Source: Microbacterium phage Nucci
Direction: 5' to 3' (one strand)
Sequence record: MN096367.1
Length of the DNA stretch: 32,000 nt
This document shows positions 1-8,213 of the stretch, one piece after another (the stretch's first letter is position 1; every line of letters begins with the position of its first letter). The notes beneath the pieces were generated by a model. The model made no database searches. It was not told where the DNA came from and saw nothing but the letters and a program-made list of their open reading frames with translations. The position numbers and the translations under genes are program-made.

Positions 1-1
1 C

Positions 2-319
2 ATCGACTGGCTGTGCGACCCGGCGTCGGAGCAGCTCCCGGGCAGCACCACGCACGCCATGGACGACCTCGTGATCAAGGGCACCGGCCAGGACGACGCC
101 GACCTGATCGCGGGCCTGAACATCGGCGACGTGGTCTACGTCTGGCGACGTGACGGCATGCCCCACGACACTGCCCCGGCTGCGGGTCAGTTCGTCTGGG
201 TCTGGAAGGTCATCATCACTTCCATCGACCCGCTCGAGGCGAACAACACGTTCGTCGGCATCACTGCCCACATCACCGTCCTGGCACGCTCCAAGACCGC
301 TGTCGCGATCGCGGCGTAA
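2..319 (+). CDS. C-terminal part of probable major tail (tube) protein, 5'-truncated by the window edge
   Basis: Frame open from base 2 through ATG at 59 to TAA at 317-319; lies immediately upstream of the tail assembly chaperone and tape measure genes, the canonical siphovirus order. Confidence 0.6.
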   Translation: MDWLCDPASEQLPGSTTHAMDDLVIKGTGQDDADLIAGLNIGDVVYVWRRDGMPHDTAPAAGQFVWVWKVIITSIDPLEANNTFVGITAHITVLARSKTAVAIAA

Positions 320-352
320 GCCCAGGCCACACCAACGCCCCAAGGAGGCATC

Positions 353-919
353 ATGTCATTTTCAAGCTACGAAGAACTGAAGGCAGCGGTAGACGAGCGC
401 CGCAAGGACATCCTCACCATCGAGGTTGACCTGGGTGCTCGGTACAGCCAGGAACACGAGGACGCGAAGAAGGAGCTGGCCCAGGCCGAGGCGATCCAGA
501 AGCTGGCAGGGGGCGGACAGGGTTTCCTGAACGACAACCTGGAGCAGCTCAAGGCTCGTGTGGCCGAGACCAAGCCTGAAGCGAACTCCATCTGGCTGCG
601 CTACGGGCGTCTGCAGTTGGCCGAGTGGTCCATGCTGACCAAGGCCACCGGCCTGACGCCCATCGACCAGTACGAGAAGGTTCTCCCCCAGACGTTCAAG
701 GGCGTCTACGGTGTGGACCCGACCGCCGAGGATGAAGAGGGCAACCTGCTTCACCCGGATGCCGAGCCGCTGACCACGGACGCCCGTGCCGTCAGCAGCC
801 GTAGCGAGGAAACGATCCTGCCTGGGGCCATGCTCCACGTCGTGGTGAACGCCTTCATGACGTGGCAGAACTCGTCGGGTGAGATCTCGATCCGCCCTAC
901 GAAATCGGGTCGCGTCTAG
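353..919 (+). CDS. Tail assembly chaperone (gpG-like)
   Basis: 188 aa ORF between tail tube and tape measure; alpha-helical, acidic; followed by an overlapping downstream frame as in phage G/GT pairs. Confidence 0.7.
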   Translation: MSFSSYEELKAAVDERRKDILTIEVDLGARYSQEHEDAKKELAQAEAIQKLAGGGQGFLNDNLEQLKARVAETKPEANSIWLRYGRLQLAEWSMLTKATGLTPIDQYEKVLPQTFKGVYGVDPTAEDEEGNLLHPDAEPLTTDARAVSSRSEETILPGAMLHVVVNAFMTWQNSSGEISIRPTKSGRV

Positions 920-1308
920 CGCTTCTGCTAGACCTGGCCCTAGAGTCCGGGCGACCCCCGCTTCGCCTCCTTGACGAGGGAAGCCCGGACTCTTGGCAAG
1001 AGATTGACCTTGAGGTCGTCTCGCAATGGCGTCGGATGAAGGAGGTCAAGTGTTCGGGATGCGGGCGACCGCTGGCCCAGCACTTGCACAACTCAAGATT
1101 GGGTCGGGAAGAGACTCCTGAAGACTACATGGCTTGGTCGCTGGAGTGTCCTGCAATGCAGGCCATCGCCATCGGTCAGGACATGTGGAAGACGGCCAAC
1201 AAGACCGCCATCGAGTCCCACCAGAAGGGCAACGGCCCTGATCCTGGGATGGGCGTCTACTGGCTGAGCCAGGGTGAAGGCGAAGTCCTACCGACCCCCG
1301 AAACGTAA
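883..1308 (+). CDS. Probable C-terminal extension of the tail assembly chaperone, reached by -1 frameshift
   Basis: The frame is open from 883 (just after TGA at 880-882) to 1308 and overlaps the end of ORF 353-919. Reads DLDPPYEIGSRLALLLDLALESG...EVVSQWRRMKEVKCSGCGRPLAQHLH..., which resembles gpGT C-terminal regions with a CxxC motif. The ATG at 1036 alone would be an alternative start. Confidence 0.55.
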   Translation, partial: DLDPPYEIGSRLALLLDLALESGRPPLRLLDEGSPDSWQEIDLEVVSQWRRMKEVKCSGCGRPLAQHLHNSRLGREETPEDYMAWSLECPAMQAIAIGQDMWKTANKTAIESHQKGNGPDPGMGVYWLSQGEGEVLPTPET

Positions 1309-1336
1309 CACACGACCAGCTAGGAAGGAGAACAGC

Positions 1337-3748
1337 ATGGCTGACAACGATGTGAAGATCAAGGTCTCCATGGACGGCGACAAGGTCGTCATCAATGGGC
1401 TGACCGGCATCGGGGATGCTGCTGACAAGACCGATTCCAAGCTGGGCGGCATGATCAAGGGAGGGCTGGCCGGTGCCGGTAAGGCACTGGTCGGCTTCTC
1501 CGCCGCTGCGGTCGCCGCTGGCTCGGCGCTGGCCGTGGGCGTCGTGGGTGCATATGCAGCCTACGAGCAGAACATCGGTGGTATCGAGACCCTGTTCGGG
1601 AAGTCCGCCGGTAAGATGGAGCAGTACGCGAACGACGCGTACAAGACTGCGGGCCTGAGCGCCAACGCCTACATGGAGCAGGTCACCAGCTTCAGTGCGT
1701 CGCTGCTCCAGGGTCTGGGTGGCGACACCGAGAAGGCCGCTGATGTGGCCGACAAGGCGATGGTCGACATGAGCGACAACGCCAACAAGTTCGGCAGCAA
1801 CATCGCGGACGTGCAGAACGCCTACCAGGGCTTCGCGAAGCAGAACTTCACGATGCTGGACAACCTCAAGCTCGGGTACGGTGGTACTCGGGAAGAGATG
1901 GCCCGGCTCATCAACGACTCGGGTGTCATGGGCGACACCTTCACGGCTACGGCCAGCAACCTCGATGAAGTGTCCTTCGACAAGATCATCGAGGGTATCC
2001 ACGTTGTCCAGGAGGAAATGGGCATCGCTGGCACCACGGCCAAGGAAGCCAGCGAGACCATCTCCGGCTCCATCGGCATGCTCAAGGGTTCCTTCGAGAA
2101 CCTGCTGGTGGGCCTCGGCAGCACGGATCAGGATGTGGCCGCGCTTGCTGGCAACGTCATCGACTCGCTTGAGACGGTCATCACCAACATCGCCCCGGTC
2201 ATTGAGAACCTGGGTTCCAACATGGCCACACTCGGCCCCAAGCTGGGCACCATGATGGAGAGCCTGGTCGGTGCCGTGTCCAGTGCCATCCCCGCGCTGC
2301 TGGATGCAGGCGTCGGCCTTATCGGTGGCCTGGTGTCGGGCATCACCAGCGCCCTCCCTTCGCTGATCACCGCTCTGGTGCCTGGCGTCATCGGCCTGGT
2401 GCAGAGCCTGGCCGAACTGCTCCCTGAGCTGATCTCGGCCGGTGCTGAGGCCGTAGCTGCGCTGGCTGTCGGCATCGCCGAAGCAGCCCCCACGCTCATC
2501 CCTGCCATCATTGAGGGCATCCTCGGTATGGTCAACGCCATCATCGAGAACCTGCCTCTGCTGCTGGACGCTGGCCTCCAGCTTGTGATGGGCCTGGCAG
2601 ACGGCATCCTGGCGTCCATCCCGGTCATCATTGAGATGCTGCCGGTGCTGATCGAGGGCATCGTGGCATTCATCCAGACTGGCGTGCCCATGCTGATTGA
2701 AGCGGGCGTCCAGCTCTTCACGGCGCTGGTCGGTGCCCTGCCCGACATTATCACCCAGATCGTAGCCGTGCTGCCCCAGATCATCCAGAGCGTCATCGGT
2801 GCCGTGGTGGGTGCCGTGCCCCTGCTGGTGGACGCGGGCATCCAGCTGCTGACGGCCTTGGTGACGGCCCTGCCCGAGATTATCACGACGGTGGTAGCTG
2901 CGCTGCCCCAGATCATTGACTCGGTCCTGACCGCTGTCTTCGACGCGATCCCGCTGCTCATTGACGCGGGCATCAAGCTCTTCATCTCGCTGATCGAGGC
3001 GCTGCCTCAGATCATCAATACCATCATCGGCGCAATTCCGCAAATCATCGGCTCGGTGCTGAACGCCCTGACCGGGGCCATCCCTCAGCTGATCATGGCT
3101 GGTGTCAAGCTGCTGACAAGCGTCATCACCAACCTGCCCAGCATCATCGGCACCATCGTGGGAGCCATCCCCCAGATCATCGGGGGCATCGTAGGCGCGC
3201 TGGGCAACGGCATCGGCCAGATCATCAGCGTCGGTGGCAACATCGTGCGCGGTCTGTGGGACGGTATCTCCGGCGCGGCTGGCTGGCTCTTCAACAAGAT
3301 CGGCGGATTCGTCAACGACGTGATGGGCAACATCGGCAGCTTCTTCGGCATTGCCAGCCCGTCTAAGCGCATGCGCGACGAGATCGGTGCCTTCCTCCCG
3401 TCCGGTATCGGTGTGGGTGTGGAGCGCCACGAGGCCGACGCTATCCAGCCCATCACCGACCTGAACAAGAAGGTCATGAAGGAAGCCCAGCAGCTTCCCA
3501 CCCTTGGGTTCGACCAGCAGGTCACGCAGACGCTGACCCAGCAGATCATCCCGACCCAGGTACCCATGCAGCCGTCGTCCACCCCGGTCGGCCTGGGTGC
3601 AGCAGCGCCTCAGCAGGTCACCATCTCCGGTCCGCTGGTCAGTGTGGCCGAGATGTCAGTTCGCGATGACCGGGACATCCGGGCGCTTTCCACCCAGCTC
3701 AAGACGGACATGACGCGCGAGCTGCGAGCACAAGGAGTGATGTCATGA
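1337..3748 (+). CDS. Tape measure protein
   Basis: 803 aa from ATG 1337 preceded by AGGAAGGAG; largest tail ORF downstream of the chaperones; hydrophobic repeats (LPxII...IPLLIDAGI) and N-terminal TMP-type sequence. Confidence 0.92.
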   Translation: MADNDVKIKVSMDGDKVVINGLTGIGDAADKTDSKLGGMIKGGLAGAGKALVGFSAAAVAAGSALAVGVVGAYAAYEQNIGGIETLFGKSAGKMEQYANDAYKTAGLSANAYMEQVTSFSASLLQGLGGDTEKAADVADKAMVDMSDNANKFGSNIADVQNAYQGFAKQNFTMLDNLKLGYGGTREEMARLINDSGVMGDTFTATASNLDEVSFDKIIEGIHVVQEEMGIAGTTAKEASETISGSIGMLKGSFENLLVGLGSTDQDVAALAGNVIDSLETVITNIAPVIENLGSNMATLGPKLGTMMESLVGAVSSAIPALLDAGVGLIGGLVSGITSALPSLITALVPGVIGLVQSLAELLPELISAGAEAVAALAVGIAEAAPTLIPAIIEGILGMVNAIIENLPLLLDAGLQLVMGLADGILASIPVIIEMLPVLIEGIVAFIQTGVPMLIEAGVQLFTALVGALPDIITQIVAVLPQIIQSVIGAVVGAVPLLVDAGIQLLTALVTALPEIITTVVAALPQIIDSVLTAVFDAIPLLIDAGIKLFISLIEALPQIINTIIGAIPQIIGSVLNALTGAIPQLIMAGVKLLTSVITNLPSIIGTIVGAIPQIIGGIVGALGNGIGQIISVGGNIVRGLWDGISGAAGWLFNKIGGFVNDVMGNIGSFFGIASPSKRMRDEIGAFLPSGIGVGVERHEADAIQPITDLNKKVMKEAQQLPTLGFDQQVTQTLTQQIIPTQVPMQPSSTPVGLGAAAPQQVTISGPLVSVAEMSVRDDRDIRALSTQLKTDMTRELRAQGVMS
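2552..3211 (+). repeat. Five tandem 44-aa (132-bp) units inside the tape measure protein
   Basis: Protein units begin LPLLLDAGLQL, VPMLIEAGVQL, VPLLVDAGIQL, IPLLIDAGIKL, IPQLIMAGVKL, each 44 aa apart. Confidence 0.85.
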
Positions 3749-4518
3749 GCTTCAAGCTTGGTTCGTTCGACACCGACGACGTAGACGGCCTGAAGGTCAT
3801 CCTGGATGCCTGGCCGATGCTGCCCGTGGACATGCAGCTGGATCAGCTGCCCGCTGGCGACGGTGCCCTGTACTACCGGACCCGCATGACCGAGACCGAG
3901 TGGGAGTTCAACCTGGAGCTGACCGGCGACGACGTGGAAGACGTGCTGGCCAAGGCCAACGCGCTCTCGGCGGAGCTGAACCCCAAGCTGCACGGGGGTC
4001 CCCAGGACTTCACCCCGAACGCGATGGACCCGTTCGTGTGGAAGGGCGTCCTGTCGGAGCCGATCACGTGGGAGCGGGATAAGATCGTGTGGTTCTCTCA
4101 GTTCGGCATCTGCCGTCTGTCGGGCACGGCCACCATCACCACGCCCGACCCCTACGGCTACGCCACCGGGGCACCTGTCACCCTGACAGCCCCCGGCACG
4201 CTGGCCCTGGTGAGCACTGGCAACACGTCGTTCTACCCCGTGGTGGAGTTCCGTGGTGTGCTGAACAGCGCCCAGTCGTTCGTCGTGGACGGGGTGCAGG
4301 TCTCCGGCCCCCTTACGGCAGCGCAGACCCTTGTCCTGGACTTCGGGAAGATGGACTTCTACATCAAGACCACTTCGTCGGGTAACAAGGTGCGTAACGT
4401 GGCCGACCGGTTCACCAACTTCCGCCGACTCGAGGGGGTGTCCCTCGACCTGCCCGTCAGCGTCACTGCGGGCACGTTCACCCAGGCCGTAGGCCGTGTC
4501 CCGTCCCGGAGGATCTGA
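3745..4518 (+). CDS. Distal tail protein (Dit-like)
   Basis: 257 aa directly downstream of tape measure, overlapping its stop; composition and position of a siphovirus Dit/minor tail protein. Confidence 0.7.
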   Translation: MSFKLGSFDTDDVDGLKVILDAWPMLPVDMQLDQLPAGDGALYYRTRMTETEWEFNLELTGDDVEDVLAKANALSAELNPKLHGGPQDFTPNAMDPFVWKGVLSEPITWERDKIVWFSQFGICRLSGTATITTPDPYGYATGAPVTLTAPGTLALVSTGNTSFYPVVEFRGVLNSAQSFVVDGVQVSGPLTAAQTLVLDFGKMDFYIKTTSSGNKVRNVADRFTNFRRLEGVSLDLPVSVTAGTFTQAVGRVPSRRI

Positions 4519-6944
4519 TGGCCGAGTACAGCCGCGTTACCAGCCGAGGCGACTGGACGGGCGAGTGGGACCCGGATGCCGTCACCCAGCTCCTGCTCCG
4601 CATGGACAGCTTCGTCGGCAACGAGAACAACCGGCCCACCCCCGACGCGTCCGGCAAGGACCGCACTGCCATCGCCATCAACTACGGTGGAGGCACGAGC
4701 GCTGTCGCCGTGGCATCCCGATGGGGTACTGCGCTGCGGATGAACGAGGCCGGTGTCTCTGAGAAGACGTCCATCCGTGTGGCCAACGACGGCACCCTGT
4801 TCCCCTCTTCGGGCAGCGTCATGGTCGGCACCTGGTACAAGGGCAAGCTCGACCGCACCTGGAACCCCGTGCTGACGACCCGTGGTGGTTCCGAGACTCC
4901 CCTGTTCCACATCGCCATCAACACTTCGGCCAACGGCCCCCAGGTCAACTACCGGTTCTACAGCGCTTCCGGCACCCAGCTCATCAACGAGTGGATGGAC
5001 ACCATCCTCCAGGCTGACGAGTGGTACTGGATCGGCGCGGTCATGGACCTTACGCTGGGCACCTGGTCTGTCTACACCGTCAGCCTCACCACGGGCACGG
5101 TGGAGTCTCGCTCTGGCACTGCTGCCAACATGAACGCCGCATGCACGGCCAACCTCGAGGTCGGCTATGGCCCGGACCCAGAGTACAGCCGTGCGACCGT
5201 CGACGAGACCGTGGTGGTCGCCCCGTTCGTGGGCAACGCCGGTCAGTGGGCACTGCGCAACCGGCTCGCCAACGGAGCGCTCGAGGCCACCCAGGCAGAC
5301 ACCAACACGGTCTCCGGCCGCATTGCACCCCGGTCGACGGCTACCCTGCCCGTGGTGGCCCAGACCCGTGCCATGCCGGGACAGTGGGGCAGCGACACCC
5401 CTCAGATCACCATCAACGGCCAGGGCGCGACGGTACGCTACCGCACCAGTGCCAACCTGACCACCTGGTCGGCGTGGAAGAACGCCTCCCAGATCGGCAC
5501 CGAGCCTAACGCTGCCTGGATCCAGTACGAGGTCACCCTCACTGCGACCGACAGCTTCGTGGACGACATCCTCCTGTCGACCGCGCCTCCAGTCACCCCT
5601 CCCCTGCCCTCCACACGCGCCGTCCAGCCGTTCTCCCTGGACCCCCTGCTCGTGGTTCCCACCGGGGGAGGGGTGCTCCTTCAGGACACGCTGCTCAGCT
5701 GCGTGACCCGTGACACCGACAGCAACGAGTCCACCCTGACGTTCTCGCTGAGCTTGGCCGACAGCAAGGCCACACAGATCGAAGCCGAGATGCCGGTGGT
5801 CTTCAAGGGTCGTCACTATGTGGCCCGAGGCATCACCACGACCAAGTCGCGCAACACGCACGAGGTTGAGGTATACTGCGAGCGCAACTGGTACGACCTG
5901 CTGTACGCCGGTCAGATCGACGCCCAGACCTGGACCACCACAGCAGCCGGGGCCATGACCTCGCTGCTGGCAGACTCGGGCTGGTACGTGGGCCAGGTGG
6001 ACCCGACCGAGGTACTCGGCTGGGAGAACGAGTCCGGCACGGTGCTCGGGGTGCTGAAGCAGATCGCCTCGGTGTACGGTGGCGACCTGGTCTTTGACGA
6101 CGTCAACAAGTTCGTGCATCTGCTGAGCCAGGGTGGCCGTGACCGGGGCACCTACTTCAGCTACGAGAAGGGCATCAGCTCCGCTCGGAAGCGTGAAGAC
6201 ACGACCAACCTGGTGACCCGCATCTACGGGCGCAACGCCGAAGGCCTCACCATCGCCCCGGCGAACAATGGCGTGCCCTACGTGGAGGACTTCACCTGGA
6301 CCAACGAGGTCCGAGAGAGCACCTACGACTTCCGCTCTGGCATGACGCCCCAGGCCATGCTCCGCTTCCTGCAGGCGTTCATCGTCGGCCGGTCCCAGCC
6401 CAGCATCAGCTACGAGTACGAGGTCGCGGGCCTTGTGGATCGTGTGGCCGAGGTAGACCGGTTCGAGGTTCTGGACATCGTCTTCGTGATGGACGAGGAC
6501 TACGACCAGTCGGTCAAGAGCCGCGTGGTGCAGCTGGACATCGACTGGGTGGACCTCCGCAAGTCCAAGATCACCCTGTCCAACAAGCTGCGGAGCCTTG
6601 CCAGCAGCGACGACAGCACCGACCCCGGCGCACTGACCACCGGCCAGACCATCGACACGCGAGACATCAACCCCTTCAACCTGCTGGTGAACAGCCGTGG
6701 CGATAACGGCATGGCGCACTGGGCAGGCTCAGGAGTGCAGGTCGTGGAGGGAGGCGCGACTGGCCGGTACAGCTTCGCGTTCGGTGCCAACGGGGGCACG
6801 CTGGAGCAGACCGTGGCCAGCGACAACCGGGAGAACTTTATCTTCAGCGCCCAGGTGGACGCGGACTCCGAGTCGTCGGTCAAGGTGGAGGTCACGTTCC
6901 AGTACACCGACGGCACTTCCGAGACCCAGATTCTGGAGCTGTGA
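4518..6944 (+). CDS. Minor tail protein (Tal/tail-lysin-like hub) with N-terminal LamG/concanavalin-like segment
   Basis: 808 aa after Dit; N-terminal beta-rich segment (SSGSVMVGTWYKGKLDRTW...FHIAINTS...) followed by YFSYEKGISSARKREDTTNLVTRIYGRNAEGL, typical of prophage tail endopeptidase/hub proteins. Confidence 0.7.
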   Translation: MAEYSRVTSRGDWTGEWDPDAVTQLLLRMDSFVGNENNRPTPDASGKDRTAIAINYGGGTSAVAVASRWGTALRMNEAGVSEKTSIRVANDGTLFPSSGSVMVGTWYKGKLDRTWNPVLTTRGGSETPLFHIAINTSANGPQVNYRFYSASGTQLINEWMDTILQADEWYWIGAVMDLTLGTWSVYTVSLTTGTVESRSGTAANMNAACTANLEVGYGPDPEYSRATVDETVVVAPFVGNAGQWALRNRLANGALEATQADTNTVSGRIAPRSTATLPVVAQTRAMPGQWGSDTPQITINGQGATVRYRTSANLTTWSAWKNASQIGTEPNAAWIQYEVTLTATDSFVDDILLSTAPPVTPPLPSTRAVQPFSLDPLLVVPTGGGVLLQDTLLSCVTRDTDSNESTLTFSLSLADSKATQIEAEMPVVFKGRHYVARGITTTKSRNTHEVEVYCERNWYDLLYAGQIDAQTWTTTAAGAMTSLLADSGWYVGQVDPTEVLGWENESGTVLGVLKQIASVYGGDLVFDDVNKFVHLLSQGGRDRGTYFSYEKGISSARKREDTTNLVTRIYGRNAEGLTIAPANNGVPYVEDFTWTNEVRESTYDFRSGMTPQAMLRFLQAFIVGRSQPSISYEYEVAGLVDRVAEVDRFEVLDIVFVMDEDYDQSVKSRVVQLDIDWVDLRKSKITLSNKLRSLASSDDSTDPGALTTGQTIDTRDINPFNLLVNSRGDNGMAHWAGSGVQVVEGGATGRYSFAFGANGGTLEQTVASDNRENFIFSAQVDADSESSVKVEVTFQYTDGTSETQILEL

Positions 6945-6945
6945 C

Positions 6946-7134
6946 ATGCCCGTCCGCCGCGCCACCGTGCGCAACCCCAACAGCTTCAAGCAGACGCTCA
7001 CCATCAAGGTCAGCGTCCAGACTACCGATGCCGACGTGGAGGTCACCGACCTGATCCTCCAGGCTGGCACCGTGGGCACGGGCTGGGTTCCCAACGTGAC
7101 CGAGATGCCCTGGACCGCTGGGGTGGTGAGCTGA
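6946..7134 (+). CDS. Small tail-associated protein
   Basis: 62 aa ORF MPVRRATVRNPNSFKQTL...; ATG 2 nt after the previous stop; part of the collinear tail block. Confidence 0.55.
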   Translation: MPVRRATVRNPNSFKQTLTIKVSVQTTDADVEVTDLILQAGTVGTGWVPNVTEMPWTAGVVS

Positions 7135-7135
7135 C

Positions 7136-7732
7136 ATGGCGTTCATCCGCACGTTCGGCGCTCTCCGCCCGTCCAAGCCGGTGCTCGGTGTGGCCTTGCG
7201 CATCACTGCTGAGGACGAGGCCAAGGTCACCGACATCCAGCTCAACCCCGGCTCGAGCCTGTTCTCGTGGGCACCTATGGTCGGCGACCTGGCCCTGGTG
7301 GCAGCGCCCAAGTGGCGCTACATCAACGGCATGGTGCAGGCCGACTACGCGACCTGGGTAATGTCTGACGAGGACGTCGCCAGCCCGTACCGTGGCGATC
7401 TGTACCCCACGGGTCCGCAGACGGTGGAGTGGGGGCTGCTGTACCTCGGCGAGATCAGCAGCCACCAGGTCTTCGACGGCTACGACCACACGACCACGGC
7501 CGGAGCTGGGGTTACGCCACACCTGACCGCGCGCCAGGACCAGCGTCTGGACCTGGTGACTGATGGTATCATGTCGGCGATCGTGGCGACCCGTGGTATC
7601 CACACCGATCCCGGCAGCAACGCCCGCACCGACACGGGCACTGTCACCGAATCCCACGCCGAAGGCTGGTCCGCTGTCTGGGCCTGGCACGAGGACTGGG
7701 CAGATGTGCTTACTGATCATGGAGGCTGGTAA
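7136..7732 (+). CDS. Minor tail/baseplate-associated protein, unknown
   Basis: 198 aa ORF immediately following and preceding overlapping tail genes. Confidence 0.6.
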   Translation: MAFIRTFGALRPSKPVLGVALRITAEDEAKVTDIQLNPGSSLFSWAPMVGDLALVAAPKWRYINGMVQADYATWVMSDEDVASPYRGDLYPTGPQTVEWGLLYLGEISSHQVFDGYDHTTTAGAGVTPHLTARQDQRLDLVTDGIMSAIVATRGIHTDPGSNARTDTGTVTESHAEGWSAVWAWHEDWADVLTDHGGW

Positions 7733-8211
7733 TGGCACTGCAGACACCCCCGACCCCGGCCTACGGGCCGAACACGTTCACCAGCCTCGCCGAGCTGGCT
7801 AGCATCCTGCTGGCGAACGACGAGTACCTGGAAGACAAGATCGACAACATTGCCCCTCCGGCACCGTCGGTCACCAAGGCAGCGATCACGCTGGCTTCAG
7901 GGTACTCGAACAATGCGTCGTACGTGTCGTCCGAGGCCATCAAGATCGGCAACCTGGTCACCCTTGACCTCGGCCTGGTGAACTGCCCCTCCGCCATCGG
8001 CGGGAACCAGTATTACACCCTCGGCACCATGCCAGCAGGCTACCGGCCGACCGGGAAGCACCGGATGGGCGTCGGCATGATCTACGCTGCCACGGTCATG
8101 AAGCCCGTGCAGCTCCGCCTCAACACCGACGGCTCCATCAACTTCCTGTCCGCCGAGTCCGTCTCCGGAGCGAGCTACCTGTTCGCCTCCGCTATCACGT
8201 TTGCGATCTGA
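7732..8211 (+). CDS. Minor tail protein (fibre-tip-like beta domain)
   Basis: 159 aa with ITLASGYSNNASYVSSEAIKIGNLVTLDLGL...GTMPAGYRPTG pattern typical of tail fibre C-terminal domains. Confidence 0.65.
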   Translation: MALQTPPTPAYGPNTFTSLAELASILLANDEYLEDKIDNIAPPAPSVTKAAITLASGYSNNASYVSSEAIKIGNLVTLDLGLVNCPSAIGGNQYYTLGTMPAGYRPTGKHRMGVGMIYAATVMKPVQLRLNTDGSINFLSAESVSGASYLFASAITFAI

Positions 8212-8213
8212 TC

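Noticed and set aside
2552-3211. Possible CRISPR or non-coding repeat array
   Set aside because: Units are contiguous in-frame protein repeats with degenerate DNA identity, not identical repeats with unique spacers.
1046-3430. 794 aa minus-strand ORF opposite the tape measure gene
   Set aside because: Shadow ORF from high-GC codon bias; low-complexity Asp/His/Gln-rich product, overlaps a clear tape measure protein.
4359-6719. 786 aa minus-strand ORF opposite Tal/minor tail gene
   Set aside because: No family resemblance; mirrors codon bias of the well-supported plus-strand gene.
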